Shown here piece after piece: positions 18,777 to 28,049 of a stretch of 64,000 bases of DNA (positions are counted from its first letter, which is position 1; every line of letters starts with the position of its first letter). A program made the translations under genes and the position numbers. The notes beneath the pieces are model-generated. The model saw only the letters and a list, made by a program, of their open reading frames with translations, searched no databases and was not told the origin of the DNA. This DNA is from an uncultured Coriobacteriia bacterium (GTDB taxonomy: Bacteria; Actinomycetota; Coriobacteriia; Coriobacteriales; QAMH01): positions 12,217 to 76,216 of the forward strand of contig CABRZR010000008.1 in the NCBI GenBank assembly GCA_902475535.1, in the 5' to 3' direction.

Positions 18777-19976
18777 TTACAGGCGTGCGGCCACCGCTTC
18801 GATAAAGCCCTCGGTGCTGAGCACGGTGGGGTTGGGTAGGGTCGTGATGCGCGCAAGATCGCCGGTCATCTGGCCATCCTCGATGCACGAGAGCGTTGCC
18901 TGCTCGAGTCTGTCTGCGAAGGCCATGAGCTCGGGTATGCCATCGAGCTCGCCGCGCTTGCGCAACGCGCCGCTCCACGCGAAGATCGTCGCGACGGAGT
19001 TGGTCGAGGTCTCCAGCCCCTTGAGATGCTTGTAGTAATGACGCTGCACCGTGCCATGGGCAGCCTCGTATTCGTAGTAACCGTGCGGGGAAACGAGCAC
19101 GCTCGTCATCATCGCGAGGCTACCGAAGGCGCTCGAGACCATGTCGCTCATGACGTCGCCATCGTAGTTCTTGCAAGCCCAGATAAAGCCGCCCTCGGAC
19201 TTCATCACGCGTGCGACCGCATCGTCGATGAGCGTGTAGAAATACTCGATGCCGGCCTGTTCGAAGCGCGCGCGGTACTCGGTCTCGAAGACCTCGGCGA
19301 AGATGTCCTTGAAACGGTGGTCGTAAATCTTCGAGATCGTGTCCTTGGTCGAAAACCACAGGTCCTGTCCGGTTTCGAGTGCGTACTCGAAGCAGCTTTT
19401 CGCGAAGCTCTCGATGGAGGCGTCGAGGTTATGCTGGCCTTGCACGACGCCAGGGCCGGTAAATGTATGCACCAGGGTGCGTACTTGCTCGCCACCATCG
19501 GCTGGCGTAAAGACGAGCTCGACGCTGCCGGGGGCTTCGATACGCATCTCGGCGTTCTTGTAGACGTCGCCGTAGGCATGGCGAGCGAGCGTGATGGGTT
19601 TCTTCCAGCAGCGCACGCAGGGCTCGATGCCCTTGACGACGATGGGCGCGCGAAAGACCGTGCCGTCGAGCAGGGCGCGGATGGTGCCGTTGGGGCTCTT
19701 CCACATCTGCTTGAGGTCATACTCCTCGACGCGTGCGGCATTAGGTGTAATGGTTGCGCATTTGACGGCAACGCCAAGGCGCTTGGTTGCCTCGGCGGCA
19801 TCGATGGTGACTTGGTCATCCGTAGCGTCGCGGTGCTCGAGGCCGAGGTCGTAGTATTCGGTCTTGAGGTCAATATGCGGAATGAGCAGCTCCGATTTGA
19901 TCAGCTGCCAGATGATGCGGGTCATCTCGTCGCCGTCCATCTCGACAAGCGGGGTCTTCATCTCGATTTTGCTCAT
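18777..19976 (-). CDS. icd: NADP-dependent isocitrate dehydrogenase (subfamily II, eukaryote-like ~400 aa)
   Basis: The product reads [51 protein letters not shown]. Confidence 0.9.
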   Translation of the reverse strand: MSKIEMKTPLVEMDGDEMTRIIWQLIKSELLIPHIDLKTEYYDLGLEHRDATDDQVTIDAAEATKRLGVAVKCATITPNAARVEEYDLKQMWKSPNGTIRALLDGTVFRAPIVVKGIEPCVRCWKKPITLARHAYGDVYKNAEMRIEAPGSVELVFTPADGGEQVRTLVHTFTGPGVVQGQHNLDASIESFAKSCFEYALETGQDLWFSTKDTISKIYDHRFKDIFAEVFETEYRARFEQAGIEYFYTLIDDAVARVMKSEGGFIWACKNYDGDVMSDMVSSAFGSLAMMTSVLVSPHGYYEYEAAHGTVQRHYYKHLKGLETSTNSVATIFAWSGALRKRGELDGIPELMAFADRLEQATLSCIEDGQMTGDLARITTLPNPTVLSTEGFIEAVAARL

Positions 19977-20105
19977 GGCACTCTCCGGTATTCGCGTGGG
20001 TGATGCGTCAAGGGGTCAGGCCCTTTGGCACGTTTGCGTGTATTGGTTGGTCATTGTAGCGGTAATGGGCGCGGCGTGCGCGGCAGATGGGCTATAGTTA
20101 ATCGC

Positions 20106-22436
20106 ATGGAAATCTTCGGCGACACTCTCATGTTTGGCAGCGTGCGCTCTGTGCCCGAAGATCTTGACCTCAGCGAGCTCGAGGTCAAGACGGGGCAGGA
20201 CGCCATCGCGGTCATTACCGAGGTCATGGATCGTCAGCGTCGTGAGCTTGCGGAGCGTCGCGCACGCGAGGAGGAGCGTTGCTCCGAGCTGCGCCATGAG
20301 ACGATTGACGGCGTGACCTGGGAGTATGTTGTCGTTGATGGAGCATTCGCCCGCATCGTAGGCTGCGAGCTGCCGGATGCCAGCATGCGCGAGCTTACGG
20401 TGCCGAGTGAGTTAGACGGCCTTGTCGTGCTCGAGTTGGCGCCCGGCGCCTGCGAGCAGCTTGTGGGTGTGGAGCGCATCGTCTGCGCCGATTGCATCGA
20501 GGTAATCGGCCCGTCGGCGTTCAGGTCATGCCGCGACCTGCGCAGCCTCGTTCTGCCACGCATGACGGCAAGCTTCGATTCGAGTTGGGTCAACCAGTGC
20601 CGCAATCTCGAGGAGCTGACGTTACCGGGCATGCTCGAGCGCGTGGGGCTGGAAGTGCTGAGCGTGAATGGACTCAAGCGGCTTACGATAGGAATGGGGA
20701 CGCGCACGGCAGAGCCCGGTGCTTTCGTGAATAGCACGCTCGAGAAAATCCACGTTGACGACCACAATCCCTTTTTAGCAACAGATTGCATAAGTATTTT
20801 CGAACGCGCGTGCCCAGATGAAGATGATGCCGGGTTGCGGCTTGCGGCGGTTGCCGTGCCGGTCGAGGAGTACGAGGTACCGGCTCGTTGCATCGAAATC
20901 GGTGCCAAGGCGTTCGCATGCTGCCCGGAGCTGCACAAGGTAACATTTGCAGGTGGCGTCCAGTCGATTGGTGCCCATGCGTTTTCGCGCACTAGGTTGC
21001 GTAAGTTCACAGCTCCTCCGAGCTTGCGTCGCATCGAGAAGCGCGCGTTCTTCCGCTGTCGCGAGCTCGAGAGTGTCACACTCAACGAAGGGCTCGTCGA
21101 GATTGGCGAGGAGGCATTCGCCGAGAGCGGTGTCACCGGGCTACGTGTGCCCGCGAGCGTACGGCAGCTGGCCTGCGACTGCGTAGCACGCACGGGCGTA
21201 CGCTGCGTCATCGAGGATGGTGGGACGCTCCGACTTGACGAGCATGGTGTGCTGTACGCGAAAGACTGGGACAAATGGACAGGTCATTTGTCCCACTTGT
21301 TGCCGGCGTATGCCGATACTGGGACAAACGACCTGTCCATTTGTCCCACCCGCATCTTGGTGGGCGCGATGGAGCCCGAACTCGTGCAGTACGCCATTGC
21401 TCCCGGCTGCGAGATTGTCTGCGAGCGCGCGTTCGCGAACATGCCACGTCTGCAGCAGGTGACGCTTCCCGAGGGACTCGTCGAGATTGGCGATGCGGCC
21501 TTTCGCGGCTGTCGCAACTTGCGACGGGTGCGTTTTCCGGAGACCCTGCATTTCATCGGCGACGAGGCGTTCTTCGACACGGCGCTCGAGGGTATCTACT
21601 TGCCCGCGGATTTCGAGCATCTGGGCAAGCTCGCGCTCGTCACGGCTGGCGCGCGTGATATCGGTGGCAGACCTTCTCTCGTGAACGTGCAGGTCAATCC
21701 CAACTGCGAGCGTTTCTACCATACGGGTGGCTTGCTTTGCGAGCGCATGAATGATGGTGCGTCGCGCGTCGTGCTCTACGACGAGGGCAGGCCTGACGTC
21801 GCCATTCCGCGCGAGGTCGACACGCTCGCACCGTTCGCATTCGGCAACGCAACGATGCTTTCCTCGCTCACGATTGGGACAAACGTGCGGCACATTCAAG
21901 ACCGCGCCCTCAACGTGAACTGCCTCATCGAGCATATTCACGTTGATTTCGTCGAGCCCATCCAAGGACACGATTGCATTGACCTGCACTTTCCCGTCAC
22001 CTTTCGTAGCCTCAACGAGATCGTGCGCGGATTCAACTCGATGACCTACTTCAATGCCGAGGCGCTGCTCGCACGTTATGACGCGTGCGTGGTCAACATG
22101 CATGACTACGATGCGAAGAGCATGGCGCCCATCGATTTGTATGGCCAGCTTACGCGCATTATCGAGCGGTTGCGTGACCCGCTGTTCTTGAGCGAGAACA
22201 CGCGTCGCATGTACGGGCAGATCCTTCGCGACAATCTCGTGGACATGTGCGTTGCCGCTGCGCGTCACGATGACCGTGCGAGCGTCGATGCGCTTGTCGG
22301 GCTCGGCTACCTCGATCGCGAGACGCTGCTACCGGTTATCGAGGCGGTCACCAAACTGCAAGATGCTGCCATGACGGGATACCTGCTCGAGTTGCAGCGG
22401 CGGCTCACGGGCCGTGCGGTCGATTTCGAGCTGTAG
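20106..22436 (+). CDS. BspA/LRR_5-type leucine-rich-repeat protein with no signal peptide
   Basis: ATG 20106 gives MEIFGDTLMFG... It has repeated ..IG..AF..C..L..V.LP..L..I units, such as CIEIGAKAFACCPELHKVTFAGGVQSIGAHAFSRTRLRKFTAP. It carries an in-frame palindromic insertion at 21267-21348. Confidence 0.7.
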   Translation: MEIFGDTLMFGSVRSVPEDLDLSELEVKTGQDAIAVITEVMDRQRRELAERRAREEERCSELRHETIDGVTWEYVVVDGAFARIVGCELPDASMRELTVPSELDGLVVLELAPGACEQLVGVERIVCADCIEVIGPSAFRSCRDLRSLVLPRMTASFDSSWVNQCRNLEELTLPGMLERVGLEVLSVNGLKRLTIGMGTRTAEPGAFVNSTLEKIHVDDHNPFLATDCISIFERACPDEDDAGLRLAAVAVPVEEYEVPARCIEIGAKAFACCPELHKVTFAGGVQSIGAHAFSRTRLRKFTAPPSLRRIEKRAFFRCRELESVTLNEGLVEIGEEAFAESGVTGLRVPASVRQLACDCVARTGVRCVIEDGGTLRLDEHGVLYAKDWDKWTGHLSHLLPAYADTGTNDLSICPTRILVGAMEPELVQYAIAPGCEIVCERAFANMPRLQQVTLPEGLVEIGDAAFRGCRNLRRVRFPETLHFIGDEAFFDTALEGIYLPADFEHLGKLALVTAGARDIGGRPSLVNVQVNPNCERFYHTGGLLCERMNDGASRVVLYDEGRPDVAIPREVDTLAPFAFGNATMLSSLTIGTNVRHIQDRALNVNCLIEHIHVDFVEPIQGHDCIDLHFPVTFRSLNEIVRGFNSMTYFNAEALLARYDACVVNMHDYDAKSMAPIDLYGQLTRIIERLRDPLFLSENTRRMYGQILRDNLVDMCVAAARHDDRASVDALVGLGYLDRETLLPVIEAVTKLQDAAMTGYLLELQRRLTGRAVDFEL
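21267..21348. repeat. two inverted copies of palindromic family P2 (TGGGACAAATG...CATTTGTCCCA) inside the LRR gene
   Basis: TGGGACAAATGGACAGGTCATTTGTCCCA spans 21267-21295 and TGGGACAAACGACCTGTCCATTTGTCCCA spans 21320-21348. The region is translated as DWDKWTGHLSHLLPAYADTGTNDLSICPTR. Confidence 0.85.
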
Positions 22437-22503
22437 GGAGCGCTCGACGGCGGGGGTAGTACAATGGGGCGAACCGTGAACGCAAACACGAAACGCGAGA
22501 CAA

Positions 22504-23400
22504 GTGAGGAATCCCGTGTACGATAACTTGGAAAGCCCTGGCCGCAACGATGAGTGCTGGTGCGGCAGTGGCAAGAAGTACAAGAAGTGCCATCTCGACT
22601 TCGATCATCGCTTGCAGGAGCTATATGATGCGGGCGAGATCGTCCTCGGGCGCGACCTACTCAAAACGCCCGAGGAAATCGAGGGCATCAAGGCATCGGC
22701 CAAGGTCAACATTGGAGCACTCGATTACGTGGCCGAGCATATCGGCCCAGGCGTGAGCACCGAGGAGATCGACCGCTGGGTACACGACTACTGCATCGAG
22801 CATGGTGCCATTCCCGCTGACCTCAATTACGAGGGCTTTCCCAAGAGCGTATGCACCTCCATCAACGAGGTCGTCTGTCATGGCATTCCGAGCGAGGACG
22901 ATGTGCTCGCTAGTGGCGACATCGTCAATGTCGATATGTCGACAATACTCGACGGGTACTTCTCGGACTCGTCGCGCATGTTCTGCATTGGCGAGGTCGA
23001 CGAGGAGAAGCGTCGGCTGGTCGAGGTCACCCGTGAGGCCGTCGAGGCCGGTCTTGCGGCTGTGAAGCCATGGGCGCACCTCGGCGACGTGAGCGTGGCG
23101 GTCAACAAGGTCGCGACGGATGCGGGCTTCTCGGTCGTCGTCGAGTTCGGCGGGCATGGTATTGGCCTCGAGTTCCACGAGGATCCGTTCGTGAGCTTTG
23201 TGGCGGCTGCGGGGACGGGTCCCGTGCTCGTTCCCGGAATGTGCTTCACGATCGAGCCCATGGTCAACATGGGTGCGGCGAAAATTGACATGAACGACCC
23301 GAATGGCTGGACCGTGCGCACGGCCGATGGCTCGCCGTCGGCGCAGTGGGAGGTGCAGATCGTCGTCACCGAGGATGGCTACGAACTGCTGTGCTGGTAG
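22504..23400 (+). CDS. map: type I methionine aminopeptidase with N-terminal SEC-C zinc motif
   Basis: The product contains NDECWCGSGKKYKKCH, then a MetAP core (..VCHGIP..DIVNVD..GHGIG..FTIEP..WEVQIVVTE). It starts with GTG. Confidence 0.9.
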   Translation: MRNPVYDNLESPGRNDECWCGSGKKYKKCHLDFDHRLQELYDAGEIVLGRDLLKTPEEIEGIKASAKVNIGALDYVAEHIGPGVSTEEIDRWVHDYCIEHGAIPADLNYEGFPKSVCTSINEVVCHGIPSEDDVLASGDIVNVDMSTILDGYFSDSSRMFCIGEVDEEKRRLVEVTREAVEAGLAAVKPWAHLGDVSVAVNKVATDAGFSVVVEFGGHGIGLEFHEDPFVSFVAAAGTGPVLVPGMCFTIEPMVNMGAAKIDMNDPNGWTVRTADGSPSAQWEVQIVVTEDGYELLCW

Positions 23401-23420
23401 CCCCGTCGTTTCGGGCGCAG

Positions 23421-23511
23421 GAGATCTCTCCATTCCGCGGCCTTGCGGCCGCTCCGGTCGAGATGACAGGCATGTCATTTCGACCGGAGCGGAGCGAAGT
23501 CGAGAAATCTC
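23421..23511. repeat. foldback repeat, family FB (B unit then A unit)
   Basis: GAGATCTCTCCATTCCGCGGCCTTGCGGCCGCTCCGGTCGAGATGACA-GGCA-TGTCATTTCGACCGGAGCGGAGCGAAGTCGAGAAATCTC. Confidence 0.9.
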
Positions 23512-23535
23512 AGTTCTTGCACGTCGACACACGAA

Positions 23536-23559
23536 AAAGGGACCCCGAAGGGTCCCTTT
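23536..23559. terminator. bidirectional rho-independent terminator (AAAGGGACCC-CGAA-GGGTCCCTTT)
   Basis: It is a perfect 10-bp stem with a 4-nt loop. It is flanked by an A-run upstream and T-rich sequence downstream, between convergent map and the small membrane-protein gene. Confidence 0.75.
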
Positions 23560-23580
23560 CTTCATGCTATGTTGCCGCGC

Positions 23581-23757
23581 CTATGCGCCGATGGCGGCAA
23601 TTAGGAAGAAGCAGGCGATCACGGCGATCGAGGCGATGTAGCCAGCGGTCGTGGTGAGAATGATTTCCTTGAAGCCGCGCTTCTTGGGGGTGACGGGGGA
23701 ACCGTACTGAGCCTGCATGGCGGAGCGCTCCAGAGCCTTTTCGGGGTTGAGTATCAT
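23581..23757 (-). CDS. small tail-anchored membrane protein (58 aa)
   Basis: ATG 23757 follows GAAGGA. The product is MILNPEKALERSAMQAQYGSPVTPKKRGFKEIILTTTAGYIASIAVIACFFLIAAIGA, with one C-terminal TM helix. Confidence 0.45.
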   Translation of the reverse strand: MILNPEKALERSAMQAQYGSPVTPKKRGFKEIILTTTAGYIASIAVIACFFLIAAIGA

Positions 23758-23889
23758 TGTCTCATCCTTCTCTCTAGGCGGCACGCTGCCGCCGGATTTC
23801 ACACTTCATGCGATGATAAAGCTTCGCGAGAACCTGCGCAAGAGCGTGTCGGTGGGTGCGCTAAAGGACCTGACACCTTGGCGCGCAAC

Positions 23890-26484
23890 TCATCCATCGA
23901 GGACCTGCTGGGCGATACGAACGGAGGCTGCCGCGTCATCGGCGTAATAGTCTGCGCCGATGCGTTGCGCATAGTCCTCGGTGAGCACGGCACCGCCCAC
24001 CATGATGCGGGTTTGGGGCGACTGCTCGCGCAGCAGCGCGATGGTGCGCTCCATCGCGGGCAGTGTCGTGGTCATGAGAGCCGAAAGACCCACAAGAGGG
24101 GCGTTGGCATCGAGCGTCGCATCGACGATGGCTTGCGGAGCTGCATCACGACCGAGGTCGATGACCGTGTAACCGTAGTTCTCGAGCAGCATTTTGACGA
24201 TGTTCTTGCCGATATCGTGAATATCGCCCTCGACTGTAGCGAGGATGATTGGCAATGTATTGCGTTTTGCAGCGCCAGCCGAAGCGCTTGCTTCGCTGAG
24301 CACGTCGAAGGCCGATTTGGCGGCCTCGGCTGAGGCCATGAGCTGGGGAAGAAAGTATGTGCCCTCGTCATAACGCACCCCGACCTCGTCAAGGGCGGGT
24401 GCGAGGACGTCTCCTGCGATGGAAGCGACATCGCTGGTTGCGAGCATGGTGCGTGCGGCTTCGGCGGCGGCATCACGCTGACCGGTGAGAATCGCCTCGT
24501 GAAGGGTAGTAGCGCTGTCATTTCGACTGGAGTCGCCGTTAGGCGACGCAGTGGAGAAATCTTCTCCGTCGATGTCACCGGAATGCGAAAGGCGAGATTT
24601 CTCGACTTCGCTCGTTTCACTCGCTCCGCTCGAAATGACAGGTGGGGCGCTCGCTCCGCTCGAAATGACAGGTGGGGTGCCCGCTGCGTCCGCTTTGCTC
24701 GAAATGGCATGCTGCATCGCGTGCACGTATTCCAGGCAACCGGCATCCTGGCCGTTGATGATGCGGAAGGCCGCAACGGCCTCGCGGTAGCGCGGTTCGA
24801 GCGGGTTGATGATGGGCAGATCGAGCCCGCAGGCAAGCGCAGCCGTGAGGAAACTCGCGTTGAGGACGGGACGTGCGGGCAGTCCGAAGCTCACGTTGGA
24901 GATGCCGAGCACGGTGCGCACGCCGAGGCGCTCCTTGCAGAGTCGTACGGCTTCGAGGATCTCGGGGATTTCGGGCTGGTTGGTGGCTGCGGCCATGACG
25001 AGGCAATCGATTGCGATGTCCTCGAGCTGCAGACCAGCCGAAAGAGCGGCATTGATGATGCGCTCGGCAATGGCGAGGCGCCCCTCGGCAGACGGCGGGA
25101 TGCCGTCTTCGTCGAGCGTGAGGCCAACGATGGTCGCGCCGTAGCGTGCTGCAATGGGCAACACGGCGGCGAGGCTTTCGGCCTTGCCGTTGACTGAGTT
25201 GATGAGGGGACGTCCCGCATAGCCGCGGCAGGCAGCTTCGAGTGCGTGAGGGCTGGCGGAGTCGAGTTGCAGGGGCGCTGACACGGTAGCTTGCAGGCGC
25301 TCGCTAAGCTCACGCAGTGCGCGCGGCTCGTCAATGCCCGGCACCCCGACGTTGACGTCGAGTATGTCGGCCCCGGCCTCGATCTGCGCGACGGCTTCGG
25401 AGATGGCGAGGTCATAGGAACCGCTGGCAAGCGCCTCCTTGAGGCGCGGCTTTCCCGTGGGGTTGATACGCTCGCCGATGGTCGCGACCGTGGGTGCGCC
25501 TGGCACGAGTTCGATTAGCTCCTGGGCGCTTGTCACGACAAAGGAGGGCCGATAGTCGGAAACGCTGGCGTGCAACCAGTTGCCATCATCGATGAGCTGA
25601 CGCAAAGCGGCGATGTGCGCGGGCGTTGTGCCGCAACAACCGCCGACGATGTGAGCGCCGGCTTCCAGGATGGCACCCATGGCCTGCGCGAATCTTGCGG
25701 AATCGACATCGTAGACCGTAGAACCATCTTCGGTGATGCGCGGGAGCCCCGCATTGGGCTGCACCATGAGCGGGCAGCGGGCGTGTGGGGCCATCTGCGT
25801 GACGAGAGGCGTGATCTCGCTCGGGCCGAGCGAGCAGTTGATGCCAACGGCCGAGGCACCGAGTGCGGAGAGCGTGGCGGCGGCAACGGCGGGTGTCGTG
25901 CCCATGAAGGTGCGGCCATCCTCGCCGAAGGTCATCGTCACGAAGACCGGCAACGGCGTGTTGTCGAGGCAGGCGAGCAGCGCCGCCTTGGCTTCGAGCA
26001 GGTCGGCGAAGGTTTCGAGAAAGATGAGATCGCAGCCGGCTGCGCAGGCGGCGCGGGCTTGCTCGGCGAAGATATCGTAGGCCTCCTCGAAGCCGAGCTC
26101 CCCGAGCGGGGCAAGCAGCGACCCGGTAGGACCGATGTCACCGGCAACGAGCGGTGCTCCCGCATCACGTGCGATCTGGGCTGCGGCTGCGTAGAGCTCG
26201 TCGACGCTCGCGTCATGATTCGCGAGCTTGAGGCGGTTCGAGCTGAAGGTATTGGTGGCGATGCAATCGCTGCCCGCCTCGACATACCCGCGCTGCAAGG
26301 TGCATATGTCGCTTGCGTGCGTGAGGTTGAGGAGGTCCGGCACATCGTGGATTTGCGAGAGGCCCGCCTGCTGGATGAGGCTTCCCATGCCGCCATCGGC
26401 AAGCATGATCGCCTGACCGCACATGACCTGGTTGAGAAGCTCGGATGAAATCTTGGGCGTTCGCGGGGTTGCCACGTACATCAC
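23890..26484 (-). CDS. metH: cobalamin-dependent methionine synthase core (Hcy-binding + pterin-binding + B12-binding domains; no fused activation domain)
   Basis: The product has ADGGMGSLIQ.. (S-methyltransferase), ..INSVNGK.. (pterin binding) and EGDIHDIGKNIV (DxHxxG B12 motif). A ~64-codon repeat-derived insertion lies in the linker at 24516-24709. Confidence 0.85.
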   Translation of the reverse strand: MMYVATPRTPKISSELLNQVMCGQAIMLADGGMGSLIQQAGLSQIHDVPDLLNLTHASDICTLQRGYVEAGSDCIATNTFSSNRLKLANHDASVDELYAAAAQIARDAGAPLVAGDIGPTGSLLAPLGELGFEEAYDIFAEQARAACAAGCDLIFLETFADLLEAKAALLACLDNTPLPVFVTMTFGEDGRTFMGTTPAVAAATLSALGASAVGINCSLGPSEITPLVTQMAPHARCPLMVQPNAGLPRITEDGSTVYDVDSARFAQAMGAILEAGAHIVGGCCGTTPAHIAALRQLIDDGNWLHASVSDYRPSFVVTSAQELIELVPGAPTVATIGERINPTGKPRLKEALASGSYDLAISEAVAQIEAGADILDVNVGVPGIDEPRALRELSERLQATVSAPLQLDSASPHALEAACRGYAGRPLINSVNGKAESLAAVLPIAARYGATIVGLTLDEDGIPPSAEGRLAIAERIINAALSAGLQLEDIAIDCLVMAAATNQPEIPEILEAVRLCKERLGVRTVLGISNVSFGLPARPVLNASFLTAALACGLDLPIINPLEPRYREAVAAFRIINGQDAGCLEYVHAMQHAISSKADAAGTPPVISSGASAPPVISSGASETSEVEKSRLSHSGDIDGEDFSTASPNGDSSRNDSATTLHEAILTGQRDAAAEAARTMLATSDVASIAGDVLAPALDEVGVRYDEGTYFLPQLMASAEAAKSAFDVLSEASASAGAAKRNTLPIILATVEGDIHDIGKNIVKMLLENYGYTVIDLGRDAAPQAIVDATLDANAPLVGLSALMTTTLPAMERTIALLREQSPQTRIMVGGAVLTEDYAQRIGADYYADDAAASVRIAQQVLDG
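24516..24709. repeat. family FB composite inserted in-frame in metH
   Basis: TGTCATTTCGACTGGAGTCGCCGTTAGGCGACGCAGTGGAGAAATCT, then GAGATTTCTCGACTTCGCTCGTTTCACTCGCTCCGCTCGAAATGACA, then two further ..GCTCGAAATG(A/G)CA units. Confidence 0.85.
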
Positions 26485-26528
26485 CCTTTTCGCAGACGGA
26501 AACAGTACTGCACCTATTGTACGCGAAG

Positions 26529-27203
26529 CTATGGCGTAGTCGTTGCGCGTGAGTGCGTGGGCTTGAGGCCGACTATCGCGGTGACGCTCTTCATCGGCGT
26601 CATGAGGTGCGAGCTTGCGGTATGGATGCCGAGTAGCTTGCCGGCATCAATCGCCTGGAGGAAAGTGTCTTGCAGCTCGAGAGGCAGGTCACCAAAGCCG
26701 GGGCTAAAGCGTTTCGTGGGTACGAGGTCGACCTTATCGGCAAGTTCAGCGATGCGCCGAGACGCGGCCTGGGCGGCCTCCTCGGCCATTGACGAGGCGC
26801 ATGCATCGAAGAGTAGCGCGTCAAGCGGGTTCGTAGCCTGCAAGCGTGCGATCGTGCGCTCGCTTTCCATGCCGAGGGTGACCGCGAGCAGGCAGGCAAG
26901 CGTGCAACCATCGAGATGGCGGGCAATGTTGTGGCCGGTCAGGACGAGGCTGCTGCCCTCGAGCACGATGCCGTCGGGGTGTTCGCGGTCAATCGTGAAG
27001 CTGCGCGCGACGCCGCGCGGCTGGGCGACGCGTTCGCAAAGGCGGATGGCGTCCTGGAAGCGAGCTGCGAGCTCGTCGGTGAGCTCGTGGCCGCGCTGCC
27101 CGAGATACTTGAGGGCGCGGAACTCGTCAACGTGGCAGGAGAGCGCTTCGGGACCGAAGCGCACGACGCGCAATCCGCCTATGTCTCCCTCATCTGTGCT
27201 CAT
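26529..27203 (-). CDS. stand-alone methionine-synthase activation (reactivation) domain protein
   Basis: The 224-aa product reads ..DEFRALKYLGQRGHELTDE..RFSPGFGDLPLELQ... This pattern matches the separate Met_synt_B12 proteins found next to short metH genes. It lies directly upstream of metH. Confidence 0.7.
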   Translation of the reverse strand: MSTDEGDIGGLRVVRFGPEALSCHVDEFRALKYLGQRGHELTDELAARFQDAIRLCERVAQPRGVARSFTIDREHPDGIVLEGSSLVLTGHNIARHLDGCTLACLLAVTLGMESERTIARLQATNPLDALLFDACASSMAEEAAQAASRRIAELADKVDLVPTKRFSPGFGDLPLELQDTFLQAIDAGKLLGIHTASSHLMTPMKSVTAIVGLKPTHSRATTTP

Positions 27204-27232
27204 AAGCTACGGTTGGTCCCTTCACGACTCAT

Positions 27233-27265
27233 AATGAGACAGTTGCTCTGAGCAAGTGTCTCATT
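27233..27265. repeat. palindromic element, family P1
   Basis: AATGAGACAGTTGCTCTGAGCAAGTGTCTCATT. On the minus strand its TGA (27261-27263) is the pyrE stop codon. Confidence 0.85.
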
Positions 27266-27941
27266 TTTTGGCGCCGTATTGCTCGTAGTAGGCGTCGAGG
27301 GCGGCCTTGAGCGTGTCGTCGATGACCACGCGGCTACCGCACTCCTGGTTATGCAAGTAGCCGATGACCTCGTCCATCGTCACGATGGCGGCAGTGGGAA
27401 AGCCGTACTTCTCGCTTACCTCGTCAATGGCGCAAATCGTGCCGCTCGGGCCGACCTCCTGACGATTGAGCGAGACCATGAGCCCCACGACTTCGACATC
27501 GGCGATGCTCTTGAGCAGGGGATACGTCTCATCAATCGACTTGCCCGAGGTCGTAACGTCCTCGACCATGACCACGCGATCGCCGTCGTGCAACTCGGCA
27601 CCGAGCAGGATTCCCGCATCGCCGTGATCCTTGGCCTCCTTGCGGTTGGAGCAGTAACGCGCTTCCTTGCCGTAGAGCTCCTGCAGACCGATGCAGGTCA
27701 CGACCGAGAGCGGAATACCCTTGTAGGCGGGGCCGAAGACGATGTCGAAGTCCAGGCCGAAGGCGTCGTGGATGGCCTGTGCGTAGTAGAGACCAAGTTT
27801 ATGCAATTGATTGCCTGTTACGTAGGCGCCCGCGTTCATGAAGAACGGGGACTTACGCCCGCTCTTGAGCGTGAACTCCCCGAACTTGAGCACATCGGAA
27901 TCGACCATGAAGTCGATGAACTCCTGCTTGTAAGCTTCCAT
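27261..27941 (-). CDS. pyrE: orotate phosphoribosyltransferase
   Basis: ATG 27941 follows GAGGAGAATC. The product reads MEAYKQEFIDFMVDSDVLKFGEFTLKSGRKSPFFMNAG..VVMVEDVTTSGKS. Confidence 0.9.
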   Translation of the reverse strand: MEAYKQEFIDFMVDSDVLKFGEFTLKSGRKSPFFMNAGAYVTGNQLHKLGLYYAQAIHDAFGLDFDIVFGPAYKGIPLSVVTCIGLQELYGKEARYCSNRKEAKDHGDAGILLGAELHDGDRVVMVEDVTTSGKSIDETYPLLKSIADVEVVGLMVSLNRQEVGPSGTICAIDEVSEKYGFPTAAIVTMDEVIGYLHNQECGSRVVIDDTLKAALDAYYEQYGAKK

Positions 27942-28020
27942 GATTCTCCTCGTCTTCCCTGATAATGAGACACTTTCGTTTGTCCAATCTGTCCCATAAC
28001 TTCCTCCTCTGGCTAAGATA

Positions 28021-28049
28021 TGAGACAGCGTGCCAGGCACGTTGTCTCA
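28021..28049. repeat. palindromic element, family P1 (near-perfect 29-bp palindrome)
   Basis: TGAGACAGCGTGCCAGGCACGTTGTCTCA. On the minus strand its TGA (28047-28049) is the dapL stop codon. Confidence 0.9.

Noticed and set aside
27233-27265. P1 hairpin followed by TTTTTT as the pyrE terminator
   Set aside because: The T-run lies on the + strand while pyrE is on the minus strand, where the hairpin is preceded by an A-run rather than followed by a U-run. It is kept as a repeat element rather than called a canonical terminator.
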